Sequence record: LC667451.1
Direction: 5' to 3' (one strand)
Length of the DNA stretch: 64,000 nucleotides
The notes below the pieces were generated by a model, which was given only the letters and a program-made list of their open reading frames with translations, had not been told where the DNA came from and ran no database searches. Numbering within the stretch: position 1 is the stretch's first letter; every line of letters starts with the position of its first letter. Positions 19,115 through 29,317 of the stretch are shown in pieces. The position numbers and the translations under genes were made by a program.

Positions 19115-21403
19115 TTACACCGCAGCCGGAGCCTTGGCCGGAGCTTCACCACTCGCAGGCTTGGCGGCAGCCGGAGCTGCGCCGTACTGCTTGAGCGATG
19201 CGTCGACCCAGTTCAGTGCTGCATTGCCGGTACGCAGAGCGTAGATGTTGAACTCCTTGAACGGCTCTTCCAGGGCCTTCTTCACGCCCAGGATAGCTTG
19301 CTTGGTGTTCTCCGGCGACGGACCGCTGGTGTCAGCGCTCTGGCCTTCTTGCGCAGCGAACTTCTTCGCCGTGGCAGCCAGTTCCTTGATCACGCCAGCC
19401 GCAGCACCAATACTGTTCTTGGCCGTCTTGATGATAGCAGCCAGTTCAGCAACTTGCTTCGCGACCGTACCAGCTTGCGGCAGCGACAGAACCGGCAGCT
19501 TGCTCTGCACGTTGCCTGCACCTTGTGCTTCGTCCATACCTGCGGTCGATTCGCCCATGTTCGAATCGTTGCCGATCTTGAAGACGATTTCCTGATTGCC
19601 CGGCAACACGTCCGAAGCAAACACCTGGAAACCATCTTCCGAGCCGCGCTGCTTCGCGATGCTCATGACCGCGTTGCCCCACGGCGAGGTGATCGTCATG
19701 CCGCCCAACGAGGCGCCATCTTGACCCTGACCCATCTTGGCGGTGCTCGTCGCGAACGAAAGAACCTTCTCGTAGCCAGCGTACAGTGCCTTGGCCGTCT
19801 GACCCAGCTTGGCCAAACCGTTCACGTCAACCTTGCCACCGATTGCCAGTGCTTCGGCAACTTGTGCATTGTCGACTTCGCGGGCCGTCGGTTGACCTTG
19901 CGTCGACTGAGCTTGTTGAGCCAGCTTGTTCGCACGGTTTTCCAGCTGCACAGCAGCGTTGGTCAGCTTCTCGCCGAGTTGCAGGAGGAATTGACCCGCG
20001 GCAACCAGTGCCTTCCAGATCTTGTCCCACACGGTCTTCAGCGCCTGGCCGATCGCTTCCATCGACAGTTGCGTCGAGGACATCTGCTTCGACACACCGC
20101 CGAACGATTCGAGCGACAGGACGTGCGGACGTTCCGCGACGGGGATGTCCAGACGGTTCAGATAGCCTTCGAATGCGTGACGGAAGATCGCGGCACCGCT
20201 GCGATTCAGGCCGCCCGTTTCCTGAGCGATCTTCAGCGTTTCGCGCAGATGTTCCAGCGCTTCGACGACTTCACGACCGGCTTCGACTTGTTCGCCGACT
20301 TCGTCGACGCTCTTTTCAGCGTCCGCGACTTCGAGCAGTTCACCTTCCAGACCGCCAGCAGCTTCGTCGAGTTGACCAGCTTCGGCTTCGACTTCCGTCG
20401 GCAGGCCTGCACCAGCTTCTTCGCCACCTGCGGGTTCCATCGGCTCAGCAGCGCGCATGCCGCGCCCTTCAGCACGAGCCACCAGCGCACGTGCGTTTTC
20501 GAGTTCGACCGGATCGATGTCGTCCACGCCACCAGCGTCGGGAGTAGCAGCCGGTTCGCCAGCGTCGACACCCGGCACTTCCGTACCAGCATCCGCGCCC
20601 AGATCGGCACCCGCTTCGCCCGTCGGCACTTCCGTTTCGCCGCCGCTCATCGCAGCTTCGCCACCTTGGCCGGGGATCGCACCTTCAGCGCCTTCAGCAC
20701 CAGCAGCCATTTCAGCGGGGTCGCCTGCGACTTCCGGGGGCATCGTGCCTGCTTCGGCAGCACCAGCTTCGGCACCTGCGTCGATCGGGGGAACTTCAGC
20801 AGCCGGGGGTTCACCCGCACCTGCTTCCGCGCCGTCGACCGGCGGCACAGCGGCTTCGCCGCCTTCACCTGCTTCTGCTGCGGCAGCCGCTTCACCTTCC
20901 GGTGCGACGTCCGGTGCAGCCGGAGCTTCTTCTTGCTTGCGGATTTCTGCTTCCGCTTCGTCCGAAGACATGCCTGCGTCTTCGAGCGCGACCTTGATAC
21001 GTGCACGTTGGATCGGCGAGAACTTCGCCTTCTTGCCGTGGCTTTCCAGCGCGCCAGCCGTGCCAGCGATCTTTGGCGGCTTGCCTTCGTCGCCCTTGGC
21101 GATGCTCTTCGTCGGGTCTTCACCGTTGGACAGCTGAGCCGGGACTTCGCCGTCTTGCTTCACAGCCGACGAACCGATGTCCTTCTTGTCAGCGGGTTCC
21201 TGGTCGCCCTTGTCCTTGCCTGCAACCGACAGCGTGGGATCTTCACCGTTGCTGATGTTGGCAGGCACTTCACCGTCTTTGGTCGGCTTCGGGATGCTCT
21301 TGTCGCCAGCGCCGATGGCAGCTGCGGCTTCTTTCGACAGACCGTCGGTGTTTTCCAGCGCGACCTTGGAACGGGCGCCGAAACCATTGCGAATGCTACG
21401 CAT
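19115..21403 (-). CDS. Internal head protein (gp93-like) with a greatly extended acidic low-complexity propeptide
   Basis: 762 aa. ALE, SLES and SMEA motifs precede the family helix LKTVWDKIWKAL. Confidence 0.7.
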   Translation of the reverse strand: MRSIRNGFGARSKVALENTDGLSKEAAAAIGAGDKSIPKPTKDGEVPANISNGEDPTLSVAGKDKGDQEPADKKDIGSSAVKQDGEVPAQLSNGEDPTKSIAKGDEGKPPKIAGTAGALESHGKKAKFSPIQRARIKVALEDAGMSSDEAEAEIRKQEEAPAAPDVAPEGEAAAAAEAGEGGEAAVPPVDGAEAGAGEPPAAEVPPIDAGAEAGAAEAGTMPPEVAGDPAEMAAGAEGAEGAIPGQGGEAAMSGGETEVPTGEAGADLGADAGTEVPGVDAGEPAATPDAGGVDDIDPVELENARALVARAEGRGMRAAEPMEPAGGEEAGAGLPTEVEAEAGQLDEAAGGLEGELLEVADAEKSVDEVGEQVEAGREVVEALEHLRETLKIAQETGGLNRSGAAIFRHAFEGYLNRLDIPVAERPHVLSLESFGGVSKQMSSTQLSMEAIGQALKTVWDKIWKALVAAGQFLLQLGEKLTNAAVQLENRANKLAQQAQSTQGQPTAREVDNAQVAEALAIGGKVDVNGLAKLGQTAKALYAGYEKVLSFATSTAKMGQGQDGASLGGMTITSPWGNAVMSIAKQRGSEDGFQVFASDVLPGNQEIVFKIGNDSNMGESTAGMDEAQGAGNVQSKLPVLSLPQAGTVAKQVAELAAIIKTAKNSIGAAAGVIKELAATAKKFAAQEGQSADTSGPSPENTKQAILGVKKALEEPFKEFNIYALRTGNAALNWVDASLKQYGAAPAAAKPASGEAPAKAPAAV
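21105..21285 (-). repeat. Two imperfect peptide repeats (DGEVPA.(I/L)SNGEDPT) in a head-protein propeptide
   Basis: KDGEVPANISNGEDPTLS and QDGEVPAQLSNGEDPTKS. Coordinates are approximate. Confidence 0.8.
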
Positions 21404-21525
21404 TTTTGTGTTTCCCTATCGATAGGTTGAATCGGAGTGCACTTCCTTTACAGCAGAGTACCCGCGCGGTACATCCTTAATAACCCTGGGTTATGGTTAC
21501 TATAGTATTTGCGCGGGCGCTCGCT

Positions 21526-22143
21526 TTAGGAACGAATACCGAAAAGGATGTGGAGACTTTGCAGCAGATCTTCCAGGCCGTTGGGCTGTGCACACCATCC
21601 TTGCAGGACGTCGACCACGGTCGTGTTACGGCGCTGACGCACGTAACCATTGGTCGTGATGCCGAAGAACTCGGCCGCCGTGTCGCTGACCTTACCGCGG
21701 AGTTCACCGCTGTCGGAATAGTCGAGCAGGCTGTCCCACGTTTGAAGCGACATCTCACGACGACCCGTCATGATAAATCGCAGACAATCCTCGAGGAACT
21801 TGCGATGCAAATCGCCTACCGAGGGGCTTTCGAACTGCTTGAGGTACCAGAAGTCGAACGACTGGCTACCGAAGGCACCCAGCGCGGTAATCATCACCAG
21901 TCGCTGGAAGTCGAAGCTCGAGGCCTTGTAGGTGTTACGCAGATACTTCGAGTACAGAGACTCGACGTTCTCGTTCACCATGATCTGGCCGGAGCTATTT
22001 TGGAAGAAGTTCAGACTCGGTTGGAGTTGACGGTACTGGGCCTCGAAAGGCGCAGGTGTCTTCTCGATCCGCGGAGCCAGGATCGAACCCAGGAACCCCC
22101 GCGGATAGATCGTGAACCCTTCATTGCTCACGAGATTAGCCAC
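21526..22143 (-). CDS. Conserved phage protein (gp91/92-like position)
   Basis: 205 aa. GTG start overlaps the upstream stop. Confidence 0.6.
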   Translation of the reverse strand: MANLVSNEGFTIYPRGFLGSILAPRIEKTPAPFEAQYRQLQPSLNFFQNSSGQIMVNENVESLYSKYLRNTYKASSFDFQRLVMITALGAFGSQSFDFWYLKQFESPSVGDLHRKFLEDCLRFIMTGRREMSLQTWDSLLDYSDSGELRGKVSDTAAEFFGITTNGYVRQRRNTTVVDVLQGWCAQPNGLEDLLQSLHILFGIRS

Positions 22144-23032
22144 CGTACTTCTCCTCCATTTTCTTGATCTTGTACTGCAGATCCTTGGCGCGCCCTTCCA
22201 GATAGTCGATTTCCTTCTGGACCTTCGGGTTGGGTTTGCCGCCGTGCACCTGCTCGAGGTTCAGCTTACGCAGCTGCACGAGCTTGAGGGTTTCCTTCGC
22301 TTGTTTGTAGCGATCGGCTTGCCATTCGGCGACCAGCAGGCCGATGCCGTACAGCGGCGACCAGGTGCCGATCAGATTCTGCTGAAGAGGATCGAGCTTC
22401 GTCTTGCCCATCGTTTCCGGCAGCGTCGTCTCGTTGTCTTCCGTGACGATGATGTCGGGCACTTCCGAGAGCTTCTTCTTGACTTCAGCCGGGTTCTCGG
22501 TCACGACGTTGAACGCCGCGCAGAACGACAGGAAGTTGTCCTCGATCCACTGCTTCTCAGCAGGCGTGATTGCATCACGGATCGTGGTGCCGCCTTCTTC
22601 GAACTCGGCCGTCTCACAGACGTACACGTAGTTCAGGAACTGGACCATGAAGCGCGAAACGAACTGGACGTTGGAGACGAACTGCAGCAGCTGCGTCTTC
22701 TTGTACGTCATGCCCGAGGCGATGATCTCGTCACCCATCGACTGCTTGATGAGCTCTTCGACATCGTTCAGGTTCTGCACCATGATCGGCAGACCCCGGT
22801 CGAGCGTCACGATGATGTTGCCACCGTTGCTCTTCACGAGGCTCTTCCAGGTGTCGATGCGATCTTGCATCTCCTGGCTCTTGAAGGACCAGGACTTGAG
22901 GAACACCGCCGCTTGCCCGTACATCGGCTTGAGCGTTTCTTCGATTTCCGCCCGCGTCAGACGGCAATCCTCGATGATGCGATCGCGGCCGAACGACGGC
23001 AACAGGCGACGCAGGAATTCACTGATTTTCAT
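22136..23032 (-). CDS. Inner-body/head protein, gp90-like
   Basis: 298 aa with a C-terminal coiled coil, synteny. Confidence 0.6.
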   Translation of the reverse strand: MKISEFLRRLLPSFGRDRIIEDCRLTRAEIEETLKPMYGQAAVFLKSWSFKSQEMQDRIDTWKSLVKSNGGNIIVTLDRGLPIMVQNLNDVEELIKQSMGDEIIASGMTYKKTQLLQFVSNVQFVSRFMVQFLNYVYVCETAEFEEGGTTIRDAITPAEKQWIEDNFLSFCAAFNVVTENPAEVKKKLSEVPDIIVTEDNETTLPETMGKTKLDPLQQNLIGTWSPLYGIGLLVAEWQADRYKQAKETLKLVQLRKLNLEQVHGGKPNPKVQKEIDYLEGRAKDLQYKIKKMEEKYGG

Positions 23033-23089
23033 AACTAACCTTGAAGGATTGCCTCCCCCTTAATCAGAGGGAGTGCCGACTGTGGGAGA

Positions 23090-24181
23090 TCAGAACGACG
23101 GTGCTTGACCGAGCTGATACGCCTTGAGGATTTCGCCGATGTCCGGACCGTCACCCTTTTGCGCTTGCTTGAGCGCCTTGAAGGGCAGGCTCGTCGCTTC
23201 GGGAATCGAGCGGTGATAGAACGTCACGCGATCCCATTGCGTATCGAGCACGGCGACGATCATCAGGCTCGTTTCCTTGAACAGCTTCTCGCGCACGCGG
23301 AAGTTCGAGAACTTCGCGTTCAGTTCGAGTTCGAGCTGCGCGATGGTGTTCGCCGAGCAGATCACCATGTTCGACGCGGTCGCTACCGACGGCGTACCCG
23401 ACACGATGGTCGCGATCTGGTTGTTACGCTTGCGCTTGATGATGTTCGTGAACGTGCCGTCGGCGTCGTCCATGAGGTTCTTGCGGTGCGCGTCGATCAG
23501 ATCCAGGCAGAGGATGAAATCCCGGAAGAACTCGATTCGGCCCGAGCGCCACGCATGGAAGCGCTCTTTCATCGTCGTGTCCTTGTTGCCAAGGCTAAGA
23601 ATATGAACCAGGTTCTGTGTGGGAATGTCCATGGCGATCAGGCGCAGCGCCACGGGAATCACACCCTTATGGCCGTTGTCCGTGATTTCCACCGACAGCA
23701 TCTTGCCGACGGACAGATTCGCCACCGTCTGGGCTTCCTTCAGGCCAGCCTGCGACAGACCAATGCTGCCTTCTTCAAGCGCTTGCTTGCCGAATGCGGG
23801 CAGCGCGTCCTTGTAGCTTTCCATCGACAGCATGGCGATCGCGCCTGCGGCCTTATCGGCTGCCGCACCCCAGATCTGACCGTTCGTTGCACTGGTCAAC
23901 GGGTCGCGATTCGGGTTGAACTTGTCCAGCTTGCCCATCACGTTCACGTTGCCGATGGTGGCCGAGAGCGCAATGGCTTGCAGGTAATAGCCCGCAAACA
24001 TCGCCTGCAATGCCTGCATCGCATCGAAGGTTTCCGGCGCGTAGAGTACGTCCGCGTCGACCAAGCACAGCGGTTCGACACGAGCGGGTTTGCTGTACTC
24101 GATGAGTGAGTCAGCGCGCGTAGCGGCGATGACCTCGGCTGCATGACGAATGGCGCCGATGCCGATATTGGCGATACTCAT
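23090..24181 (-). CDS. Inner-body/head protein, gp89-like
   Basis: 363 aa. RVEP and GRIEFFRDFILCLDLID motifs, SME/ALE sites. Divergent from the next gene. Confidence 0.65.
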   Translation of the reverse strand: MSIANIGIGAIRHAAEVIAATRADSLIEYSKPARVEPLCLVDADVLYAPETFDAMQALQAMFAGYYLQAIALSATIGNVNVMGKLDKFNPNRDPLTSATNGQIWGAAADKAAGAIAMLSMESYKDALPAFGKQALEEGSIGLSQAGLKEAQTVANLSVGKMLSVEITDNGHKGVIPVALRLIAMDIPTQNLVHILSLGNKDTTMKERFHAWRSGRIEFFRDFILCLDLIDAHRKNLMDDADGTFTNIIKRKRNNQIATIVSGTPSVATASNMVICSANTIAQLELELNAKFSNFRVREKLFKETSLMIVAVLDTQWDRVTFYHRSIPEATSLPFKALKQAQKGDGPDIGEILKAYQLGQAPSF

Positions 24182-24213
24182 TGTAAATCCTTCTCAGTTT
24201 AAGGTTTCTTCAA

Positions 24214-25353
24214 ATGGCTGATCCATACAACATTACAGTCGACGACATCCTGATGGCGTCCAATGATGGAACCTCCGTCTCCGATAAGGTCGACCAGATT
24301 CTCCAGATGGGACCAGCAGGCTCGTTCGACACAGCCATTGGTAATACCGCGTTTGGTTTAAACCATCGGCAACAACCTCCGGCAATTCTCAGCAATCGTG
24401 ATCATTACGGCTACACGTTCTTTACGCGTCCCCGGATGAACATGACTGACGACAACCTCCGGACTCAGCGTCGCTTCGGCCCGTTGCTCTCGCAACTCGA
24501 TTACAGCTGGCAACGCTTTACGCGCTGCACGCTCGATCCGGACCTCGCCTGGGCGGATTCTCCGGTGAGCTGCTCGCTCGTCGATCGTCAACAAGCCTTC
24601 ATACCTATCCTTTCGAACAACCTCCTGTCAATGACGGGCTGGCCTGATCTCGAAGCCATGACGTTCACTGCGCATGAAGGCATATACAAAGAATCCTTCA
24701 GCATCGTGGATAGCGTGGTCGATAGGTACGAGACATACGATATAACCGCCAATTTCCGGAACCTGCCGGGTGATCCGATCACCTTGATGTTCCTGACGTG
24801 GCTGTATTACGAGTCGTATGTGTACCTGGGTGAGATCGTCCCTTACCCGGATATGCTCATCAATAACGAGATCGATTACCAGACGCGCATTTACCGTTTG
24901 GTGATGGATGCGGATAAACGTCGTGTGCAGGGCATTGCGGCATGTGGTGCGGCTTTCCCGACGACCTGTCCGATCGGGGCGAAGTTTAACTTCGAGCACG
25001 ACCAGCCGTTGAACAAGAACATGGATCAGATCAGCATCACGTTCCGCTGTGCGGGTGCCATGTACAACGACGACATCCTGATCGATGAGTTCAATCGGAC
25101 CCAGGCCCTCTTTAACAGCAACATGAACCCGAATAACTTCAGTGGTTCGGGACAGAGCACGACGAACTCAACGGGCTATCGCTTGCTGGCATTGAACGAG
25201 CTGGAGCTCTTTAACAATACGGGCTATCCGCGGATTGATCCTGTGACGTACGAGTTGCAGTGGTGGGTCGATAGCTCGACTTATCAGCGCATGCTGCCCT
25301 TCCTCTCGTACCAACAAGGACTCATCACGCGACTCGCTTCGCCGACAAGCTAA
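24214..25353 (+). CDS. Virion structural protein, gp88-like
   Basis: 379 aa. YTFFTRP motif, synteny. Confidence 0.6.
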   Translation: MADPYNITVDDILMASNDGTSVSDKVDQILQMGPAGSFDTAIGNTAFGLNHRQQPPAILSNRDHYGYTFFTRPRMNMTDDNLRTQRRFGPLLSQLDYSWQRFTRCTLDPDLAWADSPVSCSLVDRQQAFIPILSNNLLSMTGWPDLEAMTFTAHEGIYKESFSIVDSVVDRYETYDITANFRNLPGDPITLMFLTWLYYESYVYLGEIVPYPDMLINNEIDYQTRIYRLVMDADKRRVQGIAACGAAFPTTCPIGAKFNFEHDQPLNKNMDQISITFRCAGAMYNDDILIDEFNRTQALFNSNMNPNNFSGSGQSTTNSTGYRLLALNELELFNNTGYPRIDPVTYELQWWVDSSTYQRMLPFLSYQQGLITRLASPTS

Positions 25354-25365
25354 AGGAAAAGGAAG

Positions 25366-28284
25366 ATGGCTGCTACGATTAGCGAACTGTTGTCGAACAT
25401 GACGCAGTATCAGTACAACCCTGCATTGATTCAGCAGGACGTCCTGGACCACCTCGAAGTGGTGACCAGTGGCGGGGTGAATGTCGTCGATCCGTCGAAC
25501 CCATTTGTGTTCGGTCTGGAAGCGGCGACGGTGATGACGGCTGGCTTCATGGCCAAGAACGAAACCAACACCCGCAAGCAGTATCCGCAGATGGCACAGA
25601 CCCCGGAAGATCTGTATCTGCACATGTCAGACTGGGACTACATCAACCGCTTTGCGAAACCCTCATCGGCGAACTTCTCGTTTGCTTTCGATAAGGACGA
25701 ACTGATCTCGAAGCTGGTAACGGACCCCACGACCGGCGTGTCGCAGATCGTGATTCCGCGCAACACGGTCGTAGCCTGTGCGGGTGTGTACTTCAGTCTC
25801 CAGTATCCGATCGTGATTCGCCAGATGCAACACGGCGGTTTGAACATCACGTACGATGCGAGCGAAACCTCACCCTTGCAAACGCTCACCACCAACCAGA
25901 TCGACTGGGAAACGCGTGGGACGGGAGCAAACAACTGGGTGTTCTTCACGGTACCGCTCTATCAGTTCGACATCATCAGCACCAAGCAGGCGGTGTCGCT
26001 GGCGACCAAGTGGCAAACGCAGGTCAACATCACGGACCAGTATTACTACACCCGTGTATGGTCACAGAACGCCGACGGTACGTGGACGGAAATCGCGACG
26101 ACGCATTCGATCGAAGTGTATGATCCGACCGTGCCGACAGCTGTGTTGCAGGTGATCAACAAGACGCTGACCATCACCATCCCGCAGATCTACATGAACT
26201 CGGGACAGATCGGCAGTTCGATCCGGGTGGATGTGTACGAGACCAAGGGTAGTCTCAGCATGAACTTGTCGTCCTACGCACCGAATCAGTTCTCGGCGCA
26301 GTGGCTGTATCTGGACAACAATGACGTGCTGCCGACCAACTTCTCGGCGCCGCTGAAGAACTTCAACCAGCTGGCGATCTGGTCGGATGACCAAACGCTC
26401 GACGGTGCCGATGCACTGGACTTTGCGACCTTGCGTTCGCGCGTGATGACGAACTCCACGGGCGCCCAGAACCTGCCGATCACCAACGTGCAGATTCAGG
26501 CAGCCCTCACCGAGATCGGTTACGACTTTGTCGAGAACATCGACAACATCACGAACCGGATGTTCCTGGCCACCCGTGCGATGCCGGACCCGACGAACCC
26601 GTCGTTGATTACGGCTGCGGCGGCCTCTATCGAAACCATCGCGACGACGCTTGCTGAAGCAGCGACGCTCGGGACAGTGATCGATAACGGTAGCTCACTC
26701 ACCATCACGCCGGATACGCTCTACCAGATCCAGTCGGGAATCGTGTCCTTCGTGCCGGACGCGGCGAAGGCTGCACTGATGGCGTTGCCGCCGGATCAAC
26801 GCGCGTTGGCTGTGACGAACGGTCAGTACTTCTATTCGCCCTTCCACTACGTGCTCGACAACTCGTCGGCTGAGTTTGCGATGCGTCCGTACTACCTGGA
26901 TGCCCCGCAGTGTATCACCACGCTCTTTGTGTCGGAGAATGACACGACGTTGCTGCAGGTGACCACGGCACCGAGCTACTCGATCACGAAGACAGCGAGC
27001 GGCTACAAGCTGACGATTACCTCGGCGTCTAACGATGCCTGGAAGGCGTTGGCGGATAACGACGTGTTTGTGCAGCTGGCGTACATTCCGGAAGGGGAGA
27101 GCAGCTACGCTTACCTGATGGGTACGCTCGATGGCAAGAACTCGCAAGGCGAACGTCAGTACTCGTTTGACCTGTCGTCGACTTTCAATGTCGATTCGAA
27201 CGACATGCTGGAACTCGAGAAGTTCCTCATGTTCACCGCGCAACCGCTGTCCACCTCCTGCAAGCTGACGCAGACCTTTGAGATTCTCTGGTCGGTCGAA
27301 GCCGTGATGGACGTACAGTGGAAACCGGGCGAAGTAGACAACGTGCTGGGTCGTTTCCTGTTGCCTGCCGACGTGGTCGGTGTGACGCATGAACAGATCC
27401 GTATCGAGTTCGGTCAGGCTCTCTCGGCGCTGTGGGCCAACAGCCGTACGGTCGTGGACCAGATCCAGTACAAGACCTGGTCCACCGATGTGCTCTCGTA
27501 CTGGCAGGAAGACGTCTACGTGACCAACGCCCAGGGCCAGGCGATCTGGATCGAGAATGGCCAGCTGGTCGGACCGACGATCCTGCATCACGCGGGTGAT
27601 CCGGTGATTGATCCAGGCACGGGTCAGCAAGTCTATCTGCATCGCGCAGGTGACGTGATGTACGACGTCGACGGTAATCAGATCCCGGTGGGTACGCAAG
27701 ATGTGTTGCGGGCACTGGACCTGATGCTGCTGGAAGGTGTGTATGCTTTCGCCACGGATACGATTGCCACCGGCTATCGGACCGAATTGGTGGATACGGT
27801 ACTCGCCTGGTTGACGGAAGACCTGGTGGCGTTCCAGGCCAAGCTGCTGGAGCAGACCAACATCTACTTCTATCCGAAGGCCACCACGGGCAACATCGAC
27901 GTGATGATCAACGGCGGCTTGAAGACCACCATCGCAGCAGGCCAAAGCTTTAACGTTACGCTGTATGTTCCGGCATCCGTGTACGGGAACTCGGATCTTC
28001 AGAACCAGATCGTTAAGACCACCATCTCGACGATCGCCACCACGTTGGACAACGATACCGTAGCGGACTCGGCACTGAAGGTCGCGCTGATGAAGGTCTA
28101 CGGCGATGACGTCATCGACTGCGAAATCACGGGGCTGGGTGGTTCACCTAACATCTCAGTGCTGACCGTGCTCGACGCATCGAACAAGCTGTCGATCCGC
28201 AAGCGTCTGTACGCGCAACCGGATAACAGTCTGATTGTTCAGGAAGACGTTACCGTCACGTTCGTGCAACACCAGTTGTCGTAA
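25366..28284 (+). CDS. Virion structural protein, gp87-like (putative baseplate wedge)
   Basis: 972 aa. GAD...LRSRV...ITN region is reminiscent of T4 gp6-type wedge proteins. Synteny. Confidence 0.65.
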   Translation: MAATISELLSNMTQYQYNPALIQQDVLDHLEVVTSGGVNVVDPSNPFVFGLEAATVMTAGFMAKNETNTRKQYPQMAQTPEDLYLHMSDWDYINRFAKPSSANFSFAFDKDELISKLVTDPTTGVSQIVIPRNTVVACAGVYFSLQYPIVIRQMQHGGLNITYDASETSPLQTLTTNQIDWETRGTGANNWVFFTVPLYQFDIISTKQAVSLATKWQTQVNITDQYYYTRVWSQNADGTWTEIATTHSIEVYDPTVPTAVLQVINKTLTITIPQIYMNSGQIGSSIRVDVYETKGSLSMNLSSYAPNQFSAQWLYLDNNDVLPTNFSAPLKNFNQLAIWSDDQTLDGADALDFATLRSRVMTNSTGAQNLPITNVQIQAALTEIGYDFVENIDNITNRMFLATRAMPDPTNPSLITAAAASIETIATTLAEAATLGTVIDNGSSLTITPDTLYQIQSGIVSFVPDAAKAALMALPPDQRALAVTNGQYFYSPFHYVLDNSSAEFAMRPYYLDAPQCITTLFVSENDTTLLQVTTAPSYSITKTASGYKLTITSASNDAWKALADNDVFVQLAYIPEGESSYAYLMGTLDGKNSQGERQYSFDLSSTFNVDSNDMLELEKFLMFTAQPLSTSCKLTQTFEILWSVEAVMDVQWKPGEVDNVLGRFLLPADVVGVTHEQIRIEFGQALSALWANSRTVVDQIQYKTWSTDVLSYWQEDVYVTNAQGQAIWIENGQLVGPTILHHAGDPVIDPGTGQQVYLHRAGDVMYDVDGNQIPVGTQDVLRALDLMLLEGVYAFATDTIATGYRTELVDTVLAWLTEDLVAFQAKLLEQTNIYFYPKATTGNIDVMINGGLKTTIAAGQSFNVTLYVPASVYGNSDLQNQIVKTTISTIATTLDNDTVADSALKVALMKVYGDDVIDCEITGLGGSPNISVLTVLDASNKLSIRKRLYAQPDNSLIVQEDVTVTFVQHQLS

Positions 28285-28303
28285 CACCAAAAAATAAAAG
28301 AGT

Positions 28304-28333
28304 CATAAAGGGGAGGCTTCGGCCTCCCCTATG
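28304..28333. terminator. CATA-hairpin-TATG element
   Basis: cata-aa-ggggaggc-ttcg-gcctcccc-tatg, with an A-run on the left. Confidence 0.75.
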
Positions 28334-28357
28334 TTTAATCTGCTACAGGAGCTCGCT

Positions 28358-28999
28358 ATGAGCAACATCAAGTGTTTTCTCATCGAACCTGCAATGCAGG
28401 CTGAGATGAAATTGCGTCGCTATACCTACGTGGGTCATGCTGAGACGAAATGTCCGAATAGCCGCCTGGGTTCGCACTCGGCAGCGACACCGTACGGTCA
28501 TGCTCCGCTTGCCATCGGGACTTCTCCCCATGGGTCGCGCTACTGGGATCTGGCCGTTCATGAACCCGCCCACGATGACACTCGTTGGCCAACGCACTGC
28601 GGCTGCGGCTACGCTTTCCTGCCAACCGACGAATGGCAACTGTTCTACCGCGCACTCTACAAGCGCGTGGATGGCGAGCCGGGTCTGTGGTCCACCGATG
28701 ACGCACCGGTCGGCGCGATGTGGTACGATCTACAGGACGAGCGTGAAGACCGTGCCTTTGTCGGACCGGACGGCAAACGCCTCTTTGTCAAGACACCAGG
28801 TGGTGACTGGTGCATCGACTGGCGTGCCCGCAACTGTACGCTGCCGCTCGATAACGAGCATCGCTGCTGGGTGCGACACGGTGTACCGCCGCTTGTCACG
28901 GTGGACAAGAACGGTTTGACCTGTGCGGCGGGTGCAGGCTCAATCGTCTGTGGTGACTACCACGGTTTCCTACGCAACGGCTACTTGGAGGGCTGTTAA
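28358..28999 (+). CDS. Cys/His-rich hypothetical protein with a DUF6527-like C-terminus
   Basis: ATG 28358 follows aggag (the track's ATG 28331 lies in the TATG element). C-terminus CWVRHGVPPLVTV...GSI...YHGFLRNG parallels DUF6527 W...VTLSPSI...HY. Confidence 0.6.
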   Translation: MSNIKCFLIEPAMQAEMKLRRYTYVGHAETKCPNSRLGSHSAATPYGHAPLAIGTSPHGSRYWDLAVHEPAHDDTRWPTHCGCGYAFLPTDEWQLFYRALYKRVDGEPGLWSTDDAPVGAMWYDLQDEREDRAFVGPDGKRLFVKTPGGDWCIDWRARNCTLPLDNEHRCWVRHGVPPLVTVDKNGLTCAAGAGSIVCGDYHGFLRNGYLEGC

Positions 29000-29313
29000 T
29001 GAGTGAAATGCAACTCGGGGATCTTACCCCGATGCGTGATCAGGAACTGACGGTCGAGTTTGTGAAGTACGTGCCGCAGCAATTGGTGCAGGGTGTACTC
29101 TATGTGTCGGAGGAATTCGGCACAGCGATTCATCTGTGTGCCTGCGGCTGGTGCAAGCAGAAGACCGTCACGCCGTTCCACATCGGCGATAGGGGGTGGA
29201 AGTACACACGCAGTCCCGAAGACCGTGTAACCCTGTCTCCGTCGATTGGCAACTACCAAATGCCTTGTAAGTCACACTACTGGGTGAAGGACAACAAGAT
29301 CATTTGGATCTAA
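28999..29313 (+). CDS. DUF6527 family protein (putative Zn-binding Ubl peptidase)
   Basis: 104 aa with a canonical DUF6527 pattern: GVLYVSEEFGTAIHLCACG.C...VTP...W...VTLSPSIGNYQMPCKSHYW. TAATG coupling to the upstream gene. Confidence 0.85.
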   Translation: MSEMQLGDLTPMRDQELTVEFVKYVPQQLVQGVLYVSEEFGTAIHLCACGWCKQKTVTPFHIGDRGWKYTRSPEDRVTLSPSIGNYQMPCKSHYWVKDNKIIWI

Positions 29314-29317
29314 GCGT

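Noticed and set aside
18971-21430. 819-aa plus-strand ORF
   Set aside because: Antisense shadow of the 762-aa head protein. It is Arg/Phe/Ser-rich with no SD, and GC-biased codon usage removes stops in the reverse frame.
28331-28357. Track start ATG 28331 for the Cys-rich gene
   Set aside because: It lies inside the hairpin-TATG element, and the SD aggag supports ATG 28358.
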